Shown here in pieces: positions 21,886 through 32,600 of a stretch of 64,000 nucleotides of DNA (positions within the stretch are counted from its first letter, which is position 1; the number at the start of each line of letters is the position of its first letter). The notes under the pieces were generated by a model. That model saw only the letters and a list, made by a program, of their open reading frames with translations, was not told the origin of the DNA and did not search any database. This stretch comes from an uncultured Candidatus Altimarinota bacterium. GTDB lineage: Bacteria; Patescibacteriota; Gracilibacteria; BD1-5; JAGOOR01. Made by a program: the position numbers and the translations under genes. The stretch covers positions 60,205 through 124,204 of the forward strand of contig CALEVN010000027.1 of the NCBI GenBank assembly GCA_937924685.1, read 5' to 3'.

Positions 21886-22842
21886 ATGATGAAAAAATTT
21901 TTCATTCTTTTTTTTCTCTCGGTTTCTTTCCCGATTTTTGCTTATTCTCCATCTGCCTCTGTTTTGGAGAAAACCAAGAATCTTTCTGTAAAAATCAATT
22001 CGTATATCAGTTCACAGCAATCAGAACAGAAAACTTCTTTGCTCAAACTCCTCTCTGATACATTACCCATACTACAAGCACGACTCTTCATGACGCACGA
22101 TATAGAGCGTATGTATCTCTTTGAGTACATACGTCGCCATCTGCCTGCTTCGGAAATGATAGATACTTCTGACCTCATCGATGATGATAATCTCTGAGTG
22201 ACTTGGACTCATGCGCCTCGGAATTTCGATATTCTCTATTCACCCTACTCAACACCGACTTTTTCTTCCCTTGATGGAGAGAAAAATTTTTCTACGCTCA
22301 TCAATGGTTCTTATTTTGCACGGACTGAATGATGAAATTATCATGCCGGTCTCCTCTGGCTCGATGGGCAAAGGCAGACTCCTTTTGTTGCAGATGATCC
22401 ACAGCTGACACATATTATCTGTCTCTCTTCGTGAAAAATATCTCTCTGGGAAAATAGTGCCTACATCTCTGAAGATGTCGTCAAGCCATGCACCATAGCA
22501 CTTCAGGCTGGCCCTCTCATATATGATTCTCATAATGGAGATATCCGAGAAAATCTCGAACCAAAAACCTATATTGGTGCTGCTCATGTCCGTACCGTGA
22601 TGACACTCTTTACTCGACCAGATGGTTCCCAAGATCTCTGGTTCCTGACATTTTATAAAAAGATGACACTTGCTCAGGTACGTGATGTCGTGCTTTCGGA
22701 GACTCGTTTTTATGGGAATTACCGAGATGTACAAATCCTCAATCTCGATGGATGAAGCTCTGTGGCATACTTATCCCGCAAATATCCTGAGCTCAATTTT
22801 GGTACCAGTAAAAGATTGCCCGTCGTATTTGGTATAAAATAA
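21886..22842 (+). CDS. secreted phosphodiester glycosidase-like protein (DUF2233/NAGPA family), lying between the two transketolase halves
   Basis: Signal-like N-terminus MMKKFFILFFLSVSFPIFA. Track ORF 21886..22197 was extended through 5 TGAs (hand-translated 22195..22842). INGSYF, ALQAGPLI and LNLD-G-SSVAY fit the NG.FF / QaGP.L / NLDGGGS pattern. TAA at 22840. Confidence 0.65.
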
Positions 22843-22979
22843 TTATAAATTTTACTCGATATGAGACAGAAAAAAGTGCTCTATGAAGGAGTGCTTATAA
22901 AGATTGTATGTTCTAGCGGTATTGCATTTATTTTTCCGTGAAGATAATACAATACATACATTTCACTAACTGAATATTT

Positions 22980-23939
22980 ATGGTACTTCTTCCAAATTGG
23001 TCAGATGAATCCGCTCTCACAAAAAAGGCTATCCGTGCGGGATGGGGAGAGGGGATAGTGCGATTAGCCCGTGAGAACAAAAATGTCGTTGTCCTCAATG
23101 CTGATCTCCCAGGTTCGCTTAAACTCGAAGGATTTATTCATGAGTTTCCTGAGAGATATTTTCAAGTAGGTGTAGCTGAACAAAATATGGCGGGTATAGC
23201 GACTGGTATGGCTCATGCTGGCAAGATTCCTTTTATCACGAGTTTTGCGGCGTTTAATCCTGGGCTCAATTATTCTCAGATCCGTCTCGCTGCGATGTCT
23301 CATCTTCCTCTCAAGGTCGTCGGGAGTCACTACGGGCTCAATGTCGGTCCTGATGGTGCGAGTGCACAGATGGCAGAAGATATCGCGATGATGCGTGCTG
23401 TTCCTGGTATGCGAGTATTGTGTCCTGCTGACTATGGTCAGGCTATACAGATGGTCGCCGCGATGGCTGATCCGACGACGACGGACTACATCCGTGTCAC
23501 TCGTTCAGACTTTCCAGTATTCCTCGATGATACGCCAATAGAGATAGGCAAGGCACAGAAGCTCATGGATGGTCAACATATCACATTTGTAGCGACAGGG
23601 TCTATGGTCTACGAAGCGCTCAAGGTCGCAGAGATGATCATCGCAACAGGGAAGAGTGTTGATTTTATGAATATTCACACGATTAAACCACTTGATACTG
23701 AGAGTATTTGCGCTTCTGCCGAGAAGACAAGACAGGTTGTCGTCTTCGAAGAGCACAGTATCCACGGATGACTCGGTGATGCAGTCGCTTCTGCTCTCTC
23801 AGAGAATTGTCCAACGAGACTTCTCAAAATCGGTATTGATGATGTATTTGCTGAGTCTGGTACCCACAGAGAGCTCTGGAAAAAGTATGGTCTCGATCGT
23901 ACAGTAATACTTCCAAAAATAGAACACTGGATGCGCTAG
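22980..23939 (+). CDS. tkt: transketolase, C-terminal (pyrimidine-binding plus C-terminal domain) subunit
   Basis: GVAEQNM..IA.G.A..G..PF..SFA.F, then MAEDIAMMRAVPGM and EEHSIH-G-LGDAVA (TGA 23769). TAG at 23937. TTGCAT (22922), 17-nt spacer, TAATAC lies upstream. Confidence 0.9.
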
Positions 23940-23993
23940 AGGGCGAGTTTGCAATCGGATTTTATTTTCGTATTATCACTCTGTCCTCATTTT

Positions 23994-24494
23994 ATGCTTC
24001 GAACTGTTGCCTATATTATTTTCCTCTGTACGGGTATTTTTGCTTTTACCTTGATAGTACTCTTTTTCCGTTCTCAGACGGGTGTTGTCTCAAAGTGAAT
24101 CATGACTCGTAGCGATGCGCCGATCGTGAGTGAAGTTGTGACACAGAAAGTGCTTGAAAAAGTGAATAAGGCATATAAATTTCGCCCTTCTCAACAGAAC
24201 GATGTTTTTGGTGCTTTTGTTTTTAATTTTCCTTTTGAGAGTCGAGTGGCTGAGCGTGTTCGTATGTATACATTTGAAAATGACTATTCTCTTATTCGTC
24301 GTAACCTCATGCTCCTCGGTGCTATGTATAATTTTCAGGATACCAATGATTTTTATGGCAAGACTATGTTTCTCAATGATAAGACTGGAGACGGGAATCT
24401 CGTCCGTTTTATCACTGAGGTTGATGGCCACGCTGTAGGCTTTGAAGTCCTCCGAGATGAATACGAACACCTAAAGAGTTTGATTTTGCAATAA
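23994..24494 (+). CDS. hypothetical N-terminally membrane-anchored protein (166 aa)
   Basis: ATG 23994 is in frame with track ORF 24102..24494 through TGA 24096. N-terminus is MLRTVAYIIFLCTGIFAFTLIVLFF. TTGCAA (23949), 16-nt spacer, TATTAT lies upstream. Confidence 0.5.
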
Positions 24495-24532
24495 TTTTTT
24501 TATACTTCCTCTATATTTCCAACCCAAACACT

Positions 24533-25015
24533 ATGGCAAAGAAGCATCAGCTCACCCCCGAAGGTCTCGAAAAACTCCATGTCGAATTGGATGACCTTCG
24601 TAACGTCAAACGTCTCGAAATCGCTGATAAACTCAAGATAGCGATAGCCTACGGAGACCTCTCAGAAAACTCTGAATATCAGTCAGCTCGTGATGAACAG
24701 GCTGCAGTCGAGCTTCGTATCTCTGAAATAGAAGAAATCCTCGAAAACTACGAAATTCTCGATTCTGACAAGAAAGCAAAAAAGAACCATGTCATTACTA
24801 TCGGAAGTAAATTCACACTCAAAATGGGTGATGAAAAGAGCTCGCCAGTAGTCGAATACACTCTTGTGGGTAGTACAGAAGCTGATATTCTCGAAAATCG
24901 CATCTCAAATGAATCACCTCTTGGACAAGCTGTCATGGGTAAGTCAGAAGGGGATGTAGCAGAAGGTGTCGCTCGTGCTGGAAAATTCTCTTATAAGATT
25001 CTTGAAATCGCATAA
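24533..25015 (+). CDS. greA: transcription elongation factor GreA
   Basis: 160 aa with no TGA. LT.EG...L..EL..L......I...I..A...GDLSENSEY..A..EQ......I..IE is the canonical GreA N-terminal coiled coil. The C-terminal domain follows. Confidence 0.93.
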   Translation: MAKKHQLTPEGLEKLHVELDDLRNVKRLEIADKLKIAIAYGDLSENSEYQSARDEQAAVELRISEIEEILENYEILDSDKKAKKNHVITIGSKFTLKMGDEKSSPVVEYTLVGSTEADILENRISNESPLGQAVMGKSEGDVAEGVARAGKFSYKILEIA

Positions 25016-25017
25016 AT

Positions 25018-25428
25018 ATGAATTATTTTTTTGCTAATCATATCCTCTTTATTCCTCTTGCAGCGTATATTGTTGCAACGGGCTTAAAGGGTTTATTTTT
25101 ATCGAAAAAATGAGTATTTAATATGCAGAGCATGCTCTCAACTGGAGGCATGCCAAGTGGTCATTCAGCTCTCGTCTCAAGTCTTGCAACTTCTATTGGC
25201 ATCAAATATGGTCCATTTCACGATCTTTTTGTTCTCTCACTTGTCTTCGCCGCGATCGTTATCTATGATGCCATGAATATCAGATATCAGTCAGGACTTC
25301 ATGCTCACGCTCTCAATACGATAAAAGGAGAAAAGCGTCTCAATGAATCTCTCGGACATCTCCCTTCAGAAACTCTCGTTGGAAGCATGGTTGGTGTCCT
25401 TATCGCTGCTATTTTGATGCAGATTTAA
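25018..25428 (+). CDS. divergent PAP2 / acid-phosphatase-related membrane protein (DUF212 family)
   Basis: ATG 25018 is in frame with track ORF 25123..25428 through TGA 25111. GGMPSGHSALVSSLATSIG......FA.IVIYDA.NIR matches the GGMPSSHSA...V.YDA.GVR family signature. Confidence 0.7.
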
Positions 25429-25433
25429 AAAAT

Positions 25434-26255
25434 ATGATAGATAAGGAGTTATTCCTTGAAAAATATCCTTTTTTCTTAGAAGATAAAGATGGGCTTGTTA
25501 GGTTAATTAATTTAGAGTGATGAAAATTTGTTCATCTATGATATTTAATAGATGATTATTTTGTTCGTTTTTCACCACTTTTTTCTTACTATTGAATTTC
25601 TTGTGAACTTACACAGAGCACTAATTATGTTTTAACTGGTTCTTTAACGTGGTTATTTGAAAGATTTCCAACTTTAGATTGCAGAATCAGATTTGACCTT
25701 AATAATATCTCGCCAACCTCATTATATAGAGATGGTGAATTATGATGATGAGGTGAATGACTCCCTAAGTTTGATTTAGAAAAACTATTATCCAAAATAG
25801 GTTCTTTGGTTTCGAAAAAGAATAGGAGAAATACGAAGTTTAATGAACTCATGTGAAACATTATTCATAGTACTGAGTTTTGGTATCAATCTGTTGATAA
25901 ATCTCTTCAAATCGAAGAGCTAACAGAGAATATATTTGATAATTTTTATGTTAATCGTTATCTGCATACAGAATTCAATGAGGTAGACAAAACTATCAAA
26001 CATACTGATTGATCTTTCTTATTTTATGACTCATGTGAGAGGGAAAATAGAAGTCGTGTTAGATTAGATTCTCGACTAAAAAATGCTAATAAAGATATTA
26101 AGCTTTTTAGAATAGATTGAAAAATACCTCTAGATGAATGGCTATCTATTCTTTATTCTTGGTTTGAATATAATGAATTAGTCCTAGAGTGGTTCGCTCC
26201 TAATGAATATAATATTAAGTATTCAGATATTTTAGATCCACTAATTGATTGATAA
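25434..26255 (+). CDS. hypothetical 273-aa protein in a markedly AT-rich segment
   Basis: ATG 25434. I translated all 273 codons. There is no TAA/TAG in a stretch that looks only about 30% GC by eye, which is unlikely by chance. There are 13 TGAs, including three consecutive ones at 25743..25751. TAA at 26253. It overlaps the adk 3' end by 15 nt (convergent). Invisible in the standard-code track. Confidence 0.5.
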
Positions 26256-26879
26256 TATCTTTTCAATCTCGCTCCATACTTCCTCACGAGATTGCTCACC
26301 ATTGATAGTATAGTATTCGACTCCATCAGCTTTCCAGCTGTCGAGGAGGGGAACTATATCGGTGCGGTACCAAGCAAAACGCTTGTGAATTTTTTCTACA
26401 TCTTGGTCATCGACACGAATAATGAGAGCATTACCTGTTTCTGGATTTATATCACCCTCAAAGTCACTGCCAAATATTTCTTTTGTTACTGGATCCATCT
26501 TGCGTCCTTGGAGGCGTCGGAGTGCTTCTTCTTCTGTGAGTGTTATATGGATAACGACATAATCAGTCGTGATAGCATCGAAAAACTTTCTCTGAGCGAT
26601 ATTTCGTACGGCGCCATCGATGAGGATATGGTTATCAGGATGATTCTCTATAAATTCCTTTATAAGGTCAAATATGACACTATCTGGAGTCATTTTTCCA
26701 TGAGGAACTGTTTCAGAGACTTCTTTATAGTGCTTGTGTGATGGATTTTCGAGGACAGAACGCAGTATAGCGCCTGTTTCGAGGCTGATATAGCCATAAT
26801 TTTTGTTGATGAGAGCGGCTTGTGTGCCTTTCCCAGAGCCCTGGATACCCATGAGCATGATATGTTTTTTCTTGGTCAT
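26241..26879 (-). CDS. adk: adenylate kinase
   Basis: 212 aa. MGIQGSGKGTQA P-loop, LIDGAVRN (DG.PR-type). The lid lacks a Cys4 zinc motif. TAG stop. Confidence 0.92.
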   Translation of the reverse strand: MTKKKHIMLMGIQGSGKGTQAALINKNYGYISLETGAILRSVLENPSHKHYKEVSETVPHGKMTPDSVIFDLIKEFIENHPDNHILIDGAVRNIAQRKFFDAITTDYVVIHITLTEEEALRRLQGRKMDPVTKEIFGSDFEGDINPETGNALIIRVDDQDVEKIHKRFAWYRTDIVPLLDSWKADGVEYYTINGEQSREEVWSEIEKILSIN

Positions 26880-27034
26880 AGTGTGAAAACAAAGGGGAGT
26901 ATATTGAAAAATGAAAAATTAAAAATGAAAAATTAATAAAAACCTTATCAGAATCGACTTTTCTAGACTCCGAGAGTATAAAAACTTGCTAGATTTAAAA
27001 AATATATACAATACAGCCATCTTAATCCAAAATT

Positions 27035-27343
27035 ATGATTGCAGTTATCGAAACAGGCGGAAAACAGTACATCGTCAAACAAGGTGATATCATCACTGTA
27101 GATCGACTCGATGAAACAGTTGATAAGCACACTTTTACTCCTCTTCTCATCGCAGATGATAAGGGTGGCACAAAAATTGGTGCTCCTCTTCTCGATGGCG
27201 CAAAAGTAGAATGCAAGGTGACAGAACACACACGAGGCGACAAAGTCCGTGTCTTCAAAATGAAATCAAAAAAACACTACCACAGAACTACAGGTTTCCG
27301 TGCTGCACAGACTAAACTCGAGGTCACATCGATCAGCGCGTAG
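27035..27343 (+). CDS. rplU: 50S ribosomal protein L21
   Basis: MIAVIETGGKQYIVKQGDII.V is the canonical L21 N-terminus. 102 aa, TAG stop. Confidence 0.92.
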   Translation: MIAVIETGGKQYIVKQGDIITVDRLDETVDKHTFTPLLIADDKGGTKIGAPLLDGAKVECKVTEHTRGDKVRVFKMKSKKHYHRTTGFRAAQTKLEVTSISA

Positions 27344-27363
27344 TTTGTCCTTAATCTTTTTGC

Positions 27364-28350
27364 TTGTTTCCAAAAATTCTCTCACAGTATCTTCGCGAAC
27401 GTCGTGCTCTTCGTCGAGCTCGAATGAAGAGGCTTAGGCTCTCTAATTCTCTTTTTTTGATAGCACTCGTCGCTTTTTTGCCCATTTATCCTGTATTTGG
27501 GTCTTTTCTCTATGATGGATCGAGGAGAGATGCTCTCCGTACAGACATAGATACCTCTACTATTCTTGATACGGTTGATAGCTATGATGAAGAAGAGACT
27601 GCTATATCTCCAGATTCTTCTGCTGAGCCACAGCATGACTGGACGGGGAGGACAACCATCGAGACGTACACGGTTCAGCCAGGTGACACAATCGCTCAAT
27701 TAGCCCTCGATTTTCACCTGACTCATAACACTATTCGCTGGTCAAATGATCTTCCTACTACTTTCTTGAAGGCTGGACAAAAACTCCTCATACCTCCCGC
27801 CGACGGTATCGTCTATACGACAAAAACAGGGGATACCCTTGACGCTATTTCTAAAAAATACAAAGTTCCTGTTCAAAAAATCCAAACAACGAATAATCTC
27901 TGATCTACCCTCGGCGTCGATCAGATGCTCTTCCTTCCGGGTGCACAACAGCCTGTCATAGTTCCGCCAGAATCTCAGGTTCTTGTACGTGGGAAGTTTG
28001 AGCTCAAAGTCATCAATCCTACTGGCGCTGGTTTTGTCCCAGGACAATGTACGTATTTTGTTGCGAAACACTGGCCAGTAAAATGGCGTGGAAATGCTCG
28101 TGCATGGTTTAAAAATGCAAAAGCAGCAGGGTTTAAGACAGGACAAACTGCAAAACCAGGCTCTATTGTCGTCTGGTATGGTCCAGGATACAATCTCACG
28201 TACGGACACGTCGCTATCGTCATGAGTGTCGATGCGAGAGAGGGTACTATGATTGTAAAAGATATGAACTATACTGGCCCATGGAAAATCACGACCCGAG
28301 AAGAAAAAATAAAAAATAAATATATAATCTGATTTATCTACCACCCATAA
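27364..28350 (+). CDS. secreted peptidoglycan hydrolase: Arg-rich N-terminal anchor, 2 LysM domains, C-terminal CHAP amidase/peptidase
   Basis: Fragments 27364..27903 and 27925..28332 are in frame. LysM: YTVQPGDTIAQLA and YTTKTGDTLDAISKKY. CHAP: GQCTYFVAKHW...GNARAW......YGHVAIV. TAA at 28348. TTG 27364 is preferred over ATG 27424 because the Arg-rich N-terminus is mirrored in the paralogue. Confidence 0.8.
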
Positions 28351-28353
28351 ATC

Positions 28354-29535
28354 ATGTCTCGCCTTCAGTTTTCTACTCGTCTGCGTCGTCGTAAACAATT
28401 TCGTCAGAAAACTCTGAACAATATAGTTCTTTTTGTAGTTGCTCTCATACCTATATATCCTGCTTTTGGTTCTTATATGCAGGATTATACAGGTGCTATT
28501 GTGCGAGGTCAGTATGACAAAAACACCATCCTTGATTCTTATGATGATACGACAGGTCAGAGTACGTATGATATACTCAATGTCGTTGATAACTCTTCGC
28601 CCGCTGATACAGGCACTTCTGCTACTTCAATTCCAGTTGCTACTGTACCAACGACACCTTCGGTACCAGAAAAAATCGTGGAAATAGAAAAAGAAGAGAA
28701 GCCTCTCCCTATACCTGTCGACAAGAAGCGTTCTCTCTATATGACACATCTGGTTCAGAAAGGCGATACGCTCAGCACTATTGCTCAAAAATACAACCTC
28801 TCTATCGAAACACTACGTTCCATGAATAACATATCTGGAACACATCTTTCTGTCGGTAAAAAACTTTTAATACCTCGGATTAGCGGCGTGGACTATGTGG
28901 TTCAAAAATGAGATACGCTCAGTACTATCGCTCAAAAATACTGAATTAGTGACTCACAAAATATCCTCATAGCGAACGATATGAGCTCTGGAAAAGTCTT
29001 GAGTGTTGGTCGAAAACTTCTCCTCCCAAATCCAACCAAAGATCCAAACAAAAAAGTAGTCGTAGCTCCTCCTGTGCAGCCTGTTGTGAAGACTAATCCT
29101 GTCTCAAATAAGACAGCACCAGAACAGCGAACGGTAGTCAAAAAAAATGCTCCTAATACACAAAAAACCATATCTTATGGCGGATATTCTCTTGATCTCA
29201 AAGTACCAAATGGTTGCCGTGGATTTGTGTGGGGTAACTGTACTTGTTTTGTCGCGAAATATAAAAATGTAACCTGGCATGGTAATGCGAAAGACTGGCT
29301 CAAAAATGCGAAAAAGCAAGGTGTACCAACCGGTGATTCTCCAAGGCCAGGCGCTATTGTTGTCTATTATGGTCCTGGTTTTCCGCCTGCATATGGCCAC
29401 GTCGGTATTGTCATGGAAGTAGGAGAAGACGATATGGTTATCAAGGATATGAACTATCGAGCACTCAATGAAGTAACAACAAGAAGAGAAAGTTTTGATA
29501 ATCCAGCCATCATAGGATATATTTACGTAGATTAA
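28354..29535 (+). CDS. secreted peptidoglycan hydrolase paralogue: 2 LysM domains plus CHAP
   Basis: Fragments 28354..28911 and 28981..29535 are in frame, with two TGAs in the gap (VVQK-G-DTLSTIAQKY-G-I). CHAP: GNCTCFVAKYK...GNAKDW......YGHVGIV. It shares the N-terminal pattern R-rich...ALIPIYPAFGS with 27364..28350. Confidence 0.8.
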
Positions 29536-29612
29536 GACTTTTTTGCAAGTCATTCGTCTCGATATTTCTTTTATTTATCAATCGAATTGCATAGAATAGT
29601 TTGTGACTATTT

Positions 29613-32600
29613 TTGCTTTTCGTGTTTTCTTTTTTTCAAAAAATAATTGCATGGTTTTTGATAGGGCTTCTCTTCTTTGAGGCTACTTTTCGAGTTCCAT
29701 TTTTACTCCAGGAAGCACAAGCTCTCGAAGCGCATAATCATGAGGATATTGTTTCACTTTTGGTGGAAGAAGATCTCATGAAAAAGATGTCACCTGATAT
29801 TGATACGTATGCGAGACGTATACAATCACAGCTTCCAAATACACGAACTGTCATTCTCACTTATCCAAAAAATGCGCATCCATTTCTGATAGCTTCAGCA
29901 AATGAGAGGCTCTACTTTTCTGGTATTCCAAATCATGGTTCAAAAACTCAGAAACTTGTCGGTACTATATTGATAGGTCATGTTCCTCTCCCCGTTGTTC
30001 ATAAGGATGGTCGTGATTTTCTCTCGATGTATCCTTACACTGATTTTTCTGATCCTCATTTTTTCTGGAATTGGGAAACGAGTCGATATGAATACATAGG
30101 TACAAAACCAGATAAGCCAGAACCAGACATATGGCATTCTGTAATAGACCCAAACTCAGGCGATATCGATCAAGATGTCCAAAAAATACGCGACTTCTTT
30201 GCCCGTGTTTATGAATATGATGCAAAAAAAGGTCGTTATGCTGATGTAGGAAAAAATCCACAAGTGCTCTATATGGATTCTGTACAAGAATCACGAGCTA
30301 TCAGCAAGTGACTTCTCGGGGTCTATGAAAAACTTCGTGTTCCACAACAAGAGCACCTCCTCTATCATCGCTTTACACGTGAATTTGCCCAATACTTCTA
30401 TGAAACTTATTTATCGCTCATGAAGTCAGAGGGTAGTTCTGATGTTGTCCCATTTTCTCAATGGAAAAAACCGACAACTTCTTCTGCTAGTTTTCTCGAC
30501 GATGCTTCGGATATTACGACCAAAGTTTTTGCAGATGAACTTATCATACCGTTTCTAAAAACTATCAATGAGAAATATCTCGGAGATGTAGAGCGATGGA
30601 TACATAATGCAGGCCGGTACTACAATTGATACTCTGATGTCCGTATGGATACTATACCAGAGGTACTTTCTCAAAAAGATGCACTTTCTGGACAGATTCT
30701 CAAAGAGCTCAACGACACTCTCGAAAAAATGGTCGACTCATATGTCGATGCAAATATGGCTATGGATATACCAGTTCTCCTCTATCGTCCTGGCCAGAAG
30801 ACTATTATAGAAAAACAAAATTATGTAAGTGGAGGTAAGACACTGACCCGATCAGTCAGTCGTTCATTTGCATTTACGTATGATAATTATTTTTATGGGA
30901 AAAAAGCGACCGAAATAACAGATGCAAGTGAATGTAGCCTTATTGCTGGTTCAACTTTCTGAGGGTATAATACAAAGACAGAAATCAATCATGGCTATGC
31001 CATGACAAGTGCTACCAAAGATTCAGAGCTTCTCAACGCAGATACTTCTGCAGGGATTGTCTGTAAAAAACCTACTCAATCATACTGGGGATGAAATAGT
31101 CCTATCAATACAAAATATGTCGATGGAGAAATAAAAATAGGAGAACATAGGTATGATGATTTTTCTCTTCCTATACGTGATCTCTCTGCTGCAAAAAAAA
31201 GCACTACACTTCTCGGTAGTCCTCTCGACTGCCTCAGACGGGATCTCATCTTAAAGCCCTATAAGCATACAGGTATCGATGGTACTACTGTGTATCCATG
31301 GCCTGTTGAAACAGGGGGTGCTAAATATTCTTGTGCGACTGACTTTGCATCGACAACACCATATCCTATTTTCCTCGAACCATCCCCAGAGGGGTCTGAA
31401 AATATTTTGACGAATCTCGTGTCATGTCCGCCTGCACCAAATAGTACGACAAATATTTCTCTCCTTTCTCGTACTGGTGGTGCTCTAGCTACGTGTCAAA
31501 CAAACGGTCTCACGGGTACGTATAAGCTCATATCTTCTCTTATCAAACACAGCGATCCATCATCAAAAATATACGGAGCGCAACTCAAGGGTATATCTTC
31601 TCCAAATATTCCTGTTGATGAAGAGCGATATCTCTCATACCTCGACAGAAGTGCCCATGAAGCGCGAGTAAACTATCCGAATCTTTTTGACATATCAGTA
31701 ACGCCGAATGATAGCGACGATGTGATTCTTCAAAAAATAACTACATTTGTTGACAATGCCACATCAAATCTCAAGCCTGGTATAGATTTTCCAGTGTCTC
31801 ATCCGTGGAAAAAACTTATCAAATTTACCGATGTGGCACCAAAATTTTCTGAAGTTCTTCTTGCTAATCAAGATGTGAGAGCCGGGCTTATCGATGCTCT
31901 ACGATGGAAAAGTCTCGATACAGAAGCAAAATATGCACGAGCATTTGATCTCGCTCTCAGCAAGGTAAATACTAATGCTAAACTTATCGTTCCTGATAAA
32001 AAAGATATATATGAGATTTCATATATGGGTGGTACTGGTGATGCTCGTGATTTTGCATTTGGTTTTTCCCCAGAAGATAAAACAGAATTACCAGATTGGT
32101 TTCAAAGTATTCAAAAAAATCAAGAAAATGTCTCAAATCAAAATAGTGGGAATGATTCTGATACAACATCTGAGTTTTCTCTCTCTAATTCGGAAATTGC
32201 TTCTCTTCTTTGAGAGACTTCTTCAGATGGGCAATCAAGTGAAGATGGTTCGACGAATGGAAGTACCGATACTGATTCTGGTAAATCAACATTTGAATGT
32301 GGAGATCCAAATGGTGTCGTAATTTGGGAATGGTTGAGCGCTATTCAGTGCTGGCTCGATAGTCTCCTAAAGACTACCTGGACTACACCAAAAATAGATG
32401 ATATTGGATTTCCTGAACTCCCATCTCTAACGGTGAAATTTGGTGGCGATATTATCTGGACAACGAAGGAAGTACAGGATGTAGACACGACTGATAGTAA
32501 CAAAAATAATGTTATTGATTATGTTGAAAAAAATACAAGTTCTCTCTCCCTGAACAATACAATTTCTGATACGGTTATTGATACGAACCAAACTATTCGT

